A DNA stretch of 64,000 nt from Octopus vulgaris (lineage: Eukaryota), in the NCBI GenBank assembly GCA_951406725.2, contig OX597819.1:46004001-46068000 (forward strand), in the 5' to 3' direction. Below the pieces are notes generated by a model. The model had not been told where the DNA came from and made no database searches. It saw only the letters and a program-made list of their open reading frames with translations. Positions 1 through 12,758 of the stretch are shown here, in pieces. Positions within the stretch are counted from its first letter, which is position 1. Each line of letters opens with the position of its first letter. The position numbers were made by a program, and so were the translations under genes.

Positions 1-43
1 TGTATACATATACATATATATATATATATACCCACATATATAT

Positions 44-99
<56 letters not shown>

Positions 100-130
100 G
101 TATAATTATGTGTATATACGTATGTACATA
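1..130. repeat. (TA)n/(TATG)n microsatellite
   Basis: Direct reading of the tandem dinucleotide/tetranucleotide array. Confidence 0.95.
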
Positions 131-1010
131 TACGTGGTCTGGTATCCGTTCTGGTACCATAGTAACGAAGCTAAAGCACGCAAGGTATAGCTTCTTGAAC
201 CTTGAACACTGCTGTGCATGCACACTAATGTTTTAATGTTCTAGCTCATTTCAGCTGTTTAGAGTCGTGCTTGAAACGAAGGTGTGTAGTGTGCGATCGT
301 CGCACTGACCATAGCAATGAAAGTTGAGCAGTGATTTACATGAAATTTTGCCAAGACATTGGCGATACCTGCTCAGAGATCTACACAAAGTTTCCAAAGA
401 GTTTTCATCGTTCTCGACATAATCAATATCTTGTGCAACTGAAACCCGATTGGGTGTTTTCCGTCAGCTGAAAGAAGTTTTGGCACAAACTTGGCAGACA
501 TGCGTCTCATACCCTAATATTCAGTGGTACTTAACTGAACTGTAACTTAACTAATCTTCACATCGTCTGATAACTCACGGATGGTGATTCGACGATTTCC
601 CTTCACAGCTGCAAACACATCTGTGATATTTTTCTCAGTTCTGCTGGTTGAGGGTCTCCCAGGACGTTCATCAGTATCGACACTTTTTCGGCCATCTTGG
701 AAACGTTTGAATCACTCGTACACTCGTGTGCGGCTCATACACTCCTCTCCATAAACTTTCTGCAATTTTGCGTAGGTCTCTGAGCAGGTATCGCCATGAC
801 AACTTTCTCTGTCATAGTCAATGCAACGATCACACGCTACACCCCTTCCTTCCAAGCACTGTGTAAGAAGCAGAAGTGAACCAAAACGTTAAAACTTAGT
901 GCACATGCACAGCAGAATTGAAGGTCAATTTGTGCCAAGCGGCTTTAATCTGCCTGCCTTAGCTTCGTTACAATGGTAACAGTCCGGATACTTGTTGATG
1001 AGACGTCTTA
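131..1010 (-). mobile_element. Mariner-derived non-autonomous element made of two inverted 5' ends; decayed transposase N-terminus (HTH) on the minus strand
   Basis: TA-flanked imperfect TIRs (gtatccg..ctggtaccatagtaacgaagctaa vs ttagcttcgttacaatggtaacagtccggatac). Minus-strand translation GEECMSRTRVYE*FKRFQDGRKSVDTDERPGRPSTS..RRITIREL..AKFVPKLL is mariner-like and contains stops. Confidence 0.85.
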
Positions 1011-1011
1011 T

Positions 1012-1042
<31 letters not shown>

Positions 1043-2110
1043 CACGTACATACCTACGTATTTATGTACTTATGTAGACAAGACATATATACATATATAT
1101 ATATATGCATTACGCACACATACGTTATATATATATATATATTCATATATATCATCTGAGAGAGAGAGAGAGAACGGGGGAGAGAGAGAGAGATGAAAAG
1201 TAAAAGAGGCGAAAAAAGATATTTCAAAGGAAAATACCTCCAGGTTGACTCCATTATTTGCAGATAGTGTTAGAGATAAGAAGCTAAATTGGTGTTTTCA
1301 ATCGAGTAGTTTCGTGGTATCTGTCAATATTCTAATATAAACACAAGCAGCTTGCATGTTTTTGTCTATCAAGTCTTTTGCCTTTAACTATGTACCTCTA
1401 CTCTTTCATAACCTGCATCGTAATCAAAGCATCTTACATTTTGTGAACCGTGCCTGTTCAGTTTGTTCAACAACCAAAAAATTACATGCCACTGGTCTTT
1501 GTCTAATTTGTTTGTTTCACTTGGATAATATTTGATTATTTCCCCTTTATTTCTAAGGCAGTAAAATCTAGGAGACTGTCCCAAAGTTTTATTATTGATT
1601 TCTAAATTTAAAAAAGAAACTAAGGATTTGAATTGAAGCTATATATGATTAGGTTAAGTATATATCTTAACTGTAGTTATTTGGATGGTCTCCATGTGTA
1701 CCTTACGTTGCAAAAAATACCAGCTAAATCGCCTTCAAATTATATTTTACCTACATAAAGACGACGGACATTGTGTTATTATGCTAATACACTATGAGAA
1801 AAAAGCGAGATACTCACGTACGGAATACTTTTGATTATATGCTTCTTTGATCAGTTTGGTCTGGGGTCAAACAATAACTAGATCATTGTCTATTTCGGTT
1901 TGGATGTCAAGGGAGCGGCTGCCTTAAAAAGTTTGGAAACCATAGATTTATCTTGTGTCCACTATCTGTCCACTATCTTATTAGCACTGCTGCATCACCA
2001 GTTCCCTTAGGCTTTGGAAGTTAGCCTTGTGAAAATGAAGGGAATTCATATTTCTGTTGTTTGACCGTTTCTTATACAAAAGTAAACCGAATATTTATGG
2101 TTCTTATCGT

Positions 2111-2430
2111 GAGAGCGCGTGGCTTAGTGGTTAGGGCATTCGGCTCATGATCGTAAGGTTGTGAGTTCGATTCCCGGCGACGCGTTGTGTCCTTGAGCAA
2201 GACACTTTATTTCACGTTGCTCCAGTCCACTCAGCTGGCAAAAATGAGTTGTACTTGTATTTCAAAGGGTCAGCCTTGTCACTCTCTGTGTCACGCTGAT
2301 TATCCCCGAGAACTACATTAAGGGTACACGTGTCTGTGGAATGCTCAGCCATTTGCACGTTAATTTCACGAGCAAGCTTTTCCGTTGATCGTATCAGCTG
2401 GGACCCTCGTCGTCGTAACCGGCGGAGTCT
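2111..2430 (+). mobile_element. tRNA-derived SINE, family C (V/Meta-like central domain)
   Basis: A box TGGCTTAGTGG, B box GAGTTCGATTCC, then gtgtccttgagcaagacact...ccagtccactcagctg; second copy near 3960. Confidence 0.8.
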
Positions 2431-3143
2431 TTAAGATGGTTCTTATCCAGCATTAACATCGACACGTTCATAATGGGGATTATACGGGGCAACAGTAGCC
2501 GCTGGTAATGCTGGATTCTGGATGGTAAAATCCTGATGCTAAAATAGAAATCAGTGATCAGTCAATTTCCATTTTAACATCTGTGTTACCACCTGGAATC
2601 CGGCATTAACAACGCATGCACATATATACCATATTTTCAGGAACTAAGAAGCAATTGCAAAACAGATATACAAATAAGAAGAAAAGACGATATTGATTGC
2701 AAAGAATAATCATGCTGGCAAATCCTTGTGCGTTCAATATGCTTGTGAGCTAACCATCACTTCTGTGTAGATAAGACAATATTTATTCCTTAGTTGAGAA
2801 AATGGCGCAAAGCTGACATTTATCCCTATTAAGTGAAAGATAAATATCACCTCTATGGCCTTTTATTGTTTTTTTTTTATTTTTCTGTAAGAATACATCA
2901 TATTGAAGTAGAAACCCAAACATTCCTATAGGATGTACTCAAAGGTATAAGAAACAAACTCTCATAGTTGCCTAATTCATCTTCTGAAGACTATGTTAGA
3001 GAATGTTTATAGAGAGCAATCTCCGTATTTGTATATGTCAGGAAAAGCGTGGTGACTAACGTTATAACAGACAAAGCTTCGCCAGCAGCGAATAGTTACA
3101 CTGAGCGACAAATGGCAAGTGTAAAATAAAATGTAATTTTAAT

Positions 3144-3582
3144 AGAAGTAATTTTAAATTCTCAAACGCAGGATAATGCTAATAATATAGCCTGAACAGG
3201 ATAAGCTACCCCTATTTTGCAGAAAAAAGTGTTGGCGGCTGGCTATGAGGCTTGAATTCATACCGCCGCGGTGCTCTGAACCAGTAAGCTAAACCGCCCA
3301 CACAACAAATTCTTCCGCAAATTTAAGGTAATTAGAAATATCACTTTATTAGACACTATCATTCGTTAAAATCAAATTACTATAAACGTAAACAAACAAA
3401 CGAAGTTTGCTTTAGAAGCGCTGAGATGTCTTCGAAAATTAAAGAAGTGATTTTAAATTCTCAAACGCAGGATAATGCCAATGATATAGCCTGAACAAGA
3501 TATGCTACTCCTATTTTGCAGAAAAATGAGTTGTCGGCCGGCTATGAGACTCGAACTCACACCTCCGTGATTACGCGTCGCG
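3144..3582 (-). repeat. Tandem duplication (299-bp period) of a tRNA-like unit with oligo-T terminator
   Basis: About 125-bp near-identical blocks start at 3144 and 3443. The minus strand reads GGGCGGTTTAGCTTACTGGTTCAGAGC (A box) and GAGTTCGAGTCTC (B box), followed by TTTTT. Confidence 0.65.
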
Positions 3583-3704
3583 AAGCAATGCAAGAATGCT
3601 TACTAGTATGTACGTGTATATGTGTGTGTATTTATGTATCCATGTAAGTATATACATGATATGTGTATTTAGCATGTATACATGTGTATATATAAACAAA
3701 CAGA

Positions 3705-3907
<203 letters not shown>

Positions 3908-3959
3908 TAACTATGTATAATACTAATACATACATTTCAAAACTCAACATTCAAATTGA

Positions 3960-4186
3960 AGGCCTGTGGCCTAGAGGCTAGGTTATTTGGTTCATCATCG
4001 ATAGGTCGTGATTTAGATTCATGGTGGTGCATTGTGTCCTTGAGCAAGAAGCTTTTCTTTCCACGTTGCTCAATTTCACGCAGCTGGCAAAAAAATGAGG
4101 TATAACTGTAATTGAATGGGCCAGCCTTGTTAGATTATTTATCACGTTGAATCTCTCTGACAACTACGTGAAGTGTATGCGTGTCT
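3960..4186 (+). mobile_element. Diverged family C SINE
   Basis: Shares gtgtccttgagcaaga...cacgttgctc...cagctggcaaaaa and cagccttgt with 2111-2430. Confidence 0.7.
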
Positions 4187-4254
4187 TGCTACTAAAACAA
4201 CAATGGTGTTGCAGAGCCTTGTAATGAACGGTTATCAGTGATCCATATTGATTT

Positions 4255-4420
4255 CATACTTTGGCTCAAAGCCAGTAATTCCGGCGGAGAGTGTAGGTCG
4301 ATTACATTAACCCTTGTGCTCAACTGGTGCTTATTTTATCGACCCTGAAAGGAATTGAAGGTAAACCCGAAATCGGCGGAATTTGAACTCAGAACGTAAA
4401 GACAGACGAAAGGCCGCTCC
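4255..4420 (-). mobile_element. Family B SINE (Nin/Deu-like domain), diverged
   Basis: Reverse complement of gttctgagttcaaattccgccga...gggtcgataaaataag. Confidence 0.75.
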
Positions 4421-4446
4421 TCGCCGCTTTAATACAATACATATAT

Positions 4447-4658
4447 ATTGGTTTCAAGTTTTGACACAAGGCCAGCAATTTTGGTGGAAGAGGCAAATCG
4501 ATTACATTGACCCCAGGACTCAAATGGTACTTATTTTCTCGGCCTCGAAAGCATAAAAGGCAAAGCCTACTTATGCGGAATTTGAACTCAGAACGTTAAG
4601 CCGAACGATATGACGCGAAGCATTTTGCCCGGCGAGCAATTCAATCAGCTCACCACCT
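4447..4658 (-). mobile_element. Family B SINE, diverged
   Basis: gcggaatttgaactcagaacg and head cagctcaccacc. Confidence 0.75.
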
Positions 4659-4689
4659 TGTTAGAATACATATATTTTGACAAGCCTAT

Positions 4690-4911
4690 GGCGGCAAGCT
4701 GGCAGAACCGTTAGCACGCCGGGCGAAATGCGTAGCCGTATTTCGTCTGCTGTTACGTTCTGAGTTCAAATTCCGCCGAGGTCGACAATGCCTTTCATCC
4801 TTTCGGGGTCGATAAATTAAGTACCAGTAATGCACTGGGGTCGATATAATCGACTTTGTCTGTCCTGGTTTGTCCTCCTTGTGTTTAGACCCTTGTGGGT
4901 AGTAAAGAAAT
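4690..4911 (+). mobile_element. Family B SINE, full length, with 18-bp TSD
   Basis: Head ggcggcaagctggcagaa, B box gagttcaaattcc, core gcctttcatcctttcggggtcgataaattaagtacc; TSD atatattttgacaagcct at 4670-4687 and 4912-4929. Confidence 0.9.
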
Positions 4912-5292
4912 ATATATTTTGACAAGCCTCCCGCTCATAATCGATCTCAATCGTATTTAGACGATTGAGCTGGTTGACTACTATTATCCATTAATAAGTA
5001 CAGCATATACCATAATTCTTCCACTCGGAAGACGGTTAAGTTTGCTTTTATATAGAAAACTTCTTTCGCTCAGAAATGCGCCATATGCGTAACTATACTA
5101 GAAAAAGCTATAAGAGACACTATGCGCGAATTATTACTCCTTTATTTTGATATCTTTTACTCCAACAATTCCATTGTAGCTATTCTACGATCAAGCACCA
5201 AAGTGATACTACATGTTTCGCCTGTCTATTCTTTCATTCTAACACTAGCACAGACAGCACACATACACAAACATAAAAACACATACACACAC

Positions 5293-5334
<42 letters not shown>

Positions 5335-5406
5335 ACACACATACGCACATACACACATATGTATATAAATACACATACGCACACACGCGCATACACACAG
5401 ATGCGC

Positions 5407-5477
<71 letters not shown>

Positions 5478-5479
<2 letters not shown>

Positions 5480-5636
5480 GCGCAGGAGTGGCTTACTTAC
5501 CAACTACATGGTTTCGGGTTCATTCTCAATGCGTGGCATCTTGGGCGAATGTCTTCTACTCTAGCCTCGGGCCGACCAAATCCTTGTGAGTGGATTTGGT
5601 AGACGGAAACTTAAAGAAGCCGGTCGTACATATGTA

Positions 5637-5695
<59 letters not shown>

Positions 5696-5925
5696 ATGTA
5701 TGTATGTGTGCATATGTTTGTGAGTGTCGTTGTCTCCCTAACATCGCTTGACAACCGATGCTGGTGTATTTTCGTCCCCGTAACTTAGCAGTTCGGCAAA
5801 GGAATGCGATAGAATAAGTACTAGGCATACAAAGAACAAGTCCTGGGGTCGATTTGCTCGACTAAAGGCAGCGCTCCAGCATGGCCGCAGTCAAATGACT
5901 GAAAGAAGTAAAAGAGTAAAAGAGT
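5478..5925 (+). mobile_element. Family A SINE (tRNA head, internal TA/TG microsatellite, (GTAAAAGA)n tail)
   Basis: Homologous to copies at 8273, 13068, 17313, 61858 and 63623; head ggcgcaggagtggct, tail aagtaaaagagtaaaagag. Confidence 0.9.
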
Positions 5926-6239
5926 ATATACACATATATGTACATATACATTCTCATATGTATATATGTATGTATGCATGTATATACATATACATATGTA
6001 TATACAAGCTGAAGTGAAGGCAGCATGTTCTTTGTCTATCTCCTTACCTTCTTGGAGATTTTAGGTAAAATTATACTAATGTGTCCATCTGTTTTAATTT
6101 AATGAAATTATATGTCTTCATGCTGCTGGGAATTGCTCTGCATTTAAATTGATGTGATGATTGCACTGTTCAATTAAATGGAGTTGCTTGAAACGATCGT
6201 ACTGCATAACCTCTGGATATCCTTGTTGCTTATTTTGAT

Positions 6240-6605
<366 letters not shown>

Positions 6606-7133
6606 TTCCTTCCCAAAGCAACAAGTGATGTGTCTATGTATGACATATCTGTTAGTTTTAAAACATTACCATATTTGTTCTAACTCTTACATTTCCATGG
6701 CAACAACAATAGTGAATTGCATGCACATTCCAGTAAAATCCTTATCCAAAGGTCGAAGGCTGATGCAATACATCCATAAAGTATGATATAAGATTCATTG
6801 TGTAAGTATCCATGATATCTTATTATTTCAATATTTATGATACAGAATATATATTTCTATGCGTTTGTGTTTATATATGCATTATATGCATTTACGAAAT
6901 TAAATATTTACAGATATCATATCTTCATTTATGCATTATATGTGTGTATAAGCGCACGCGTATGTATGCGTGCACGTATGTACGTAAATACATATATATT
7001 TTCGGAGTGGGGGGTGTATAGACATATATAACTATATACAGGCATACATATATATATATTCACAAACACGTGCCTATATATATGTACATATATGTATGAA
7101 TAATTTCATATATGTATTTATATATATATAGTG

Positions 7134-7177
<44 letters not shown>

Positions 7178-7210
7178 TACATACATACATACATACATAC
7201 ATAGATTGAT

Positions 7211-7264
<54 letters not shown>

Positions 7265-7266
7265 CC

Positions 7267-7383
<117 letters not shown>

Positions 7384-7629
7384 TGATATTAATAGAGGTA
7401 GAATATCCACAACTGCCTTTTCTCGTTGATACATAACTATATATGGAAGTGCTTAGTATCGAGTATGCAATTACGGTATATTAAGGAACATGCATACTTG
7501 CATGCAAAATTTGTGTGTATTTGTCTTTAGCACTTCGACAATATAAACACGAACTCACAGAAACCATCCCGCTGTCATATGGTTATTTACGCATGAATAG
7601 GGGTTATTAAGTACATAATTGCACCCACA

Positions 7630-8000
7630 CATACATAGATACATGCATGCATATATACATATATGCATACATGCATGCATGCATACATACATACATACAT
7701 GCATGCATGCATGCATACATACATACATACATAATGCATACATGCATACATACATACATGCATACATACATACATACATGCATACATACATGAATGCATG
7801 CATACATACATACATACATGCATGCATACATACATACATGCATACATACATTCATGCATGCACGCATGCATGCATGCATACATGCATACATACATACATA
7901 CATACATACATACATACATACATACATACATGCATACATACATACATACATACATACATACATACATACATGCATACATGCATGCATACATACAAGCATA
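7630..8000. repeat. (CATA)n/(CATG)n microsatellite
   Basis: Tandem array. Confidence 0.95.
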
Positions 8001-8272
8001 CGTACAAACACAGATAACCACACAAACAAAACACAACTCCAAACCACCTGGATTCCGATTGAGTCCTTCTGAGTGGTCAAGTATCTTCCATAGCTTCGGA
8101 ACGTAGTTCTGTTTAACATCTTGTAAAACAGCGGTTCGGCAAAAGAAACCGACACAATAATTACAAGACGTTTAAAAATTAATCAATACAAGGGTCAATG
8201 AAACGCTTGAAGGCACCGCAACCCGATGGGAGCTGTCTAACGACTCTAATAAGTAAAGCGTAAAAGGAATAT

Positions 8273-8651
8273 ACTCTTTTACTCTTTTACTTGTTTCAGT
8301 CATTTGACTGCGGCCATGCTGGAGCACCACCTTTAGTCGAGCAAATCGACCCCGGGACTTATTCTTTGTAAGCTCAGTACTTATTCTATCGGTCTCTTTT
8401 GCCGAACCGCTAAGTGACGGGGACGTAAACACACCAGCATCGGTTGTCAAGCAACACACAAACATATACACATATATACATATATACGACAGGATTCTTT
8501 CAGCTTCCGTCTACCAAATCCACTCACAAGGCATTGGTCGGCCCGAGGCTATAGCAGAAGACACTTGCCCAAGATGCCACGCAGTGGGACTGAACCCGGA
8601 ACCATGTGGTTGGTTAGCAAGCTACTTACCACACAGCCACTCCTGCGCCTA
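8273..8651 (-). mobile_element. Family A SINE, near full length
   Basis: Reverse complement of the family A sequence, ending cacagccactcctgcgcct. Confidence 0.9.
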
Positions 8652-8666
8652 TACAATATACATATC

Positions 8667-9070
8667 TTTTATTCATTGTAGTCATTAGACTGCGACCATG
8701 CTGGGGCACACCCACCATCTCCGTGAAGAATTTTAAGACGAATGAATCGACCCCAGTACTTTTTTAATCTTGCTACTTATTCTGTCGAACCCATTGCCGA
8801 ACCGCTAAGTTACAGGGACGTAAACACACTGTCAACTGTTGTCAAGCCGTGGCGGGGGACAAACACGGAGACAAAGACACACCCATACACATAGATATGT
8901 ATGTACATATATATAGATGTGTGTGTGTGTGTGTATACACATATACGACAGGCTTCTTTCAGTTTCCGTCTACCAAATCCACTCACAAAGCTTTTGGTCA
9001 GCTCGAGATTATAGTAGCAGACACTTGCTCAATGTTTCACGCAGTGGGACTAAACCCCCAAATCACATGG
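8667..9070 (-). mobile_element. Family A SINE, older diverged copy in tandem with the previous one
   Basis: gccgaaccgctaagttac...tttccgtctaccaaatccactcacaa...cacgcagtgggact. Confidence 0.8.
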
Positions 9071-9642
9071 GTCATTTTCTACATAGTGTCAACCACCATA
9101 TTTGTAAAACCAACCCAAGCATATTACTGGTGCAAAATGTGTATGCTCTAGTTGGACGAAACTTAAAGAAAAGGATAAGCGGATTTGGAACTCAGAACGT
9201 AGAGGACAATGTCTGGTCAGCTAACTTTTCGGACATCCTATTGACCCTACATTCAGAAACATACAGGAGTAGACGAACAAAATCTATACAAATGCATAGG
9301 GAAACATACATAGGAAATTCATTCAGAGCGGCACATCACAAACATTCGCACATCAAACACAGAGACATCTACACTCACAGACAGGCATACACACACATGC
9401 ATATGCAAGCACGCATATAGACGCACGCACATACATACATATGTACTAAACCGTACGCAGACAAGCATACACACACACATGCATATGCAAGCAAGCGTAT
9501 AAAAGCACGCACATGCGCATACATACTCATACCATACACATTCAAACACGAACTCATACATAAAATTTACGTGCATGCATATTCATCCAAACAAACATCC
9601 ATACCAGTAAACCACTTACGGTTATCATAATCTCTGCGTGTA

Positions 9643-9683
<41 letters not shown>

Positions 9684-9918
9684 GTGCATGTGTGTGTATA
9701 CATATGTAAGTATATATGTGGTTCTGTCTGCTTCTATGTATATGCATATACATGCGCGCACATGTACATATATACATATATTTATATACATTTATATAAA
9801 CATGCACAGATATATATTATATATATACATCTACATACACACTCATGTATATACATATATATATATACATATATATATTTATATTATATTATGTATATAT
9901 ATATCTATAAATTTTTTT

Positions 9919-9967
<49 letters not shown>

Positions 9968-10059
9968 CATATATATATATACATATCACCAAACCTGTCC
10001 ACCTAGAACACAAGGTGTGTCTTAAGAAACAAAAACGATCTGAGTTTAGTGAGCAGGCC

Positions 10060-10151
10060 ATGGTGGCGGGGAAGATGCTCGATGGCAATAGCAGTGACGG
10101 CGGCGGTGGCAAACTCAATGGTGATGGTGGCAGCGGCGTTGGTGGCATTGA

Positions 10152-10184
<33 letters not shown>

Positions 10185-11060
10185 AAGCGTTGGTGAGGTA
10201 GTGGTGGTGGCTGTGGTGACGGGGGCGGCGGCGGTGGAGGTGGAGGTGGTGGTCGTGGTTGTGTGGTGGTGGTAGTGGTGCGAAGAGGGCGAGTAGAGCA
10301 AGCAGGCGATTCCATGAACGGATTGCCTACGTTAATGTCTCAGAATTCCTTTGATGTTGACTTCTGAAGCAGGTGCCTCTTTATCTATGTAATAAACGAG
10401 CGATTTATGGTGAAAATCTTCCGCAATTTCCTTCAAGCCGATTCATTCAAAGACAACGTTATCACCATGAAAGAGTTAAAGCAAAACAAGAGAAAGCCAT
10501 ACAGGCCATACCCTCCCACCACCACCACCAGCACCATCATCATCATCATTGTCAGCAGCAGCAGCAGCAGCAGCGGCAGCAACTCTGACAACACCAACAC
10601 GGTCCCCACCAACATTGGCATCTACAGGAACCTCACCAACCTCAACGACATACACCAATACCACTACTAATACTACCACCACGACAAATAACACGATGAC
10701 GATGACGACGACGACGACCACCACCACCACCACCATCGCCACCATTTCTACCAGCATCACCACCGTCATCTTTAACATCATCATCACCACTCTCACTGTA
10801 GCAACGATCACCATCAACAACATGGACGCCACCAGCACCAACACAACCCGTCGTAAAAGGCGAAGTATTTGGTTTGATGTGAAACACGAGTAAAACTTGC
10901 TTTTGGTAGCTGGGAGAATACAGGGATGGTTGTTCTAGGATGGAGGTAACGGCGGTGATGATAACTGGTGTGATGATAACGGTGTTTGTTGTTGGTGGTT
11001 ACGGATATGGTGGAGATCGCCATCGTCATCGTCGTTGTCGTCGTCGTCGTCGTCGTATCA
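10060..11060. repeat. Degenerate trinucleotide low-complexity region: (GGT/GAT)n, unique core, (ACC/ATC/CAG)n, then (GTC)n
   Basis: Direct reading. Confidence 0.85.
10290..10510. promoter_or_regulatory. Candidate developmental enhancer / conserved non-coding element
   Basis: Unique core with CCTTTGATG (10348, TCF/LEF), CAGGTG (10370), TTATCT (10381, GATA), GTAATAAA (10389, Cdx/Abd-B), CGATTTATGG (10401, Pbx-Hox-like), TTCAAAG (10446, TCF) and TTATCA (10459, GATA). Motif inference only. Confidence 0.4.
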
Positions 11061-11281
11061 GGATTGGTGAGTGTGGAGGAAGGCCGGGGAGGAACGCATG
11101 AATTGAGAAGACCGGAAAGAAGATGGGGGACGCAGAAAGGAAGTGAGGAAGGAATTCGGATGAATGAAGGAAGTAAGGAAGGATACAAGAAAAGAATGGA
11201 GATTTAACGTTTGTTTTTAGCAGACGATCGCTTTAATTCAGTTGCTTCAGTTGTTTTGTACAAATGTTTATGATTATGTGT

Positions 11282-11344
<63 letters not shown>

Positions 11345-11500
11345 GCATATATATAATATATATATATGTATACACACACACACAGACATATGTATATATA
11401 TATATATATAAGCGCTTGTGTGTGTATGCGTGTGAGGGGTGATCTTGAGTATATGATTATGTCTTTGCATGTGTCTGCATAGTTGTGCATCATACGTGTG

Positions 11501-11560
<60 letters not shown>

Positions 11561-11913
11561 TATGCATATATATGCATACATATATACATATTATATGCAT
11601 ATTTGTCCTGTATACATAAATACGTACATACACACAGACACATATACATGTACAACGGAAGCCGCCTATTGTAACCACGGATTATGTTATCAAATGGTTA
11701 TTATTATTTTCACATTTGCGTGTCCAAAAAACGTTCAGGATATTGTTATTTCTAATTCTTAAAGAAGCGGTTGATACCTTATTATCATCTAGATGGCTCA
11801 GTGATCACAATAAGCAGATGTAATTTTCATATTTATGCATATTCATATATACATATACATATGTGTATGCATATATATATATGTATATGAAAACATATAT
11901 ATGTATATATATA

Positions 11914-11969
<56 letters not shown>

Positions 11970-11976
11970 TATACAT

Positions 11977-12012
<36 letters not shown>

Positions 12013-12144
12013 GCCTATATATGTATATATGTGTGCATGAGTATACATGCATTTGTATTAATTAGTAAATGACAAAAGAACTGTAATTCTGTTATCGCCC
12101 TCATTATCTAAGATATCTTTCGGCTGTAATATATATTCGAAGTA

Positions 12145-12191
<47 letters not shown>

Positions 12192-12198
<7 letters not shown>

Positions 12199-12758
12199 AT
12201 TTAGGAATGGTAATGTTGCCAGTTTAGCCAATAAAAACACACGCACTATATATTTGGTGTGAATTTGCTTCATCTTTATTTTTTACATTAATCTTAATCT
12301 TATTTCGGCTAGAGTTCTTTCGTCACACTTCTGTAACCTCATCAGTGATCCTTTGCTTTCTTCTTTCCTATCTGTGTGTCTCTCCTTACTAACGGTCAGC
12401 CATTTTGTATTTTATATTCCTATTGTATGTGTCTTTATTTGCACATGCGTATACCCCTATGTGTGTCTATGTTTAGTTAGTGTGTGCGTGTTAGGGAAGT
12501 GCCTGTAATATTTGTATATCCTGTTTATACACGTTCGTGTAATTTGATGAGGTCACAGACGTGTGACGAAAGAACTCTGGCCGAAATAAGAATAAGGTTA
12601 ATGTAAAAAATAACTAAGGCTGAAGCAAATTAACACCAAATATAGAGTGCGTGTGTTTTTATTAGCTAAACTGGCAAGATGACCATTCCTAAATAGAACA
12701 ACAATTGTTTCAACACACGATTTCACATCAAGAATCTTGCAAAACAAATATATAAACG

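Noticed and set aside
2111-2185. Functional tRNA gene
   Set aside because: The acceptor stem does not pair and the sequence continues into a SINE body with a second copy nearby
10314-10380. Short ORF ending TTC TGA as an antizyme-like +1 frameshift site
   Set aside because: It lacks the conserved TCC TGA context and the downstream frames show no antizyme-like sequence
10373-10670. ORFs with polyH/polyQ (10373-10588) or MVKIFRNF..KRKPYRPYP (10407-10670) as a transcription-factor exon
   Set aside because: No recognisable domain; several frames on both strands are open because of trinucleotide repeats; the splice acceptor is weak. RNA-seq would be needed to revive it.
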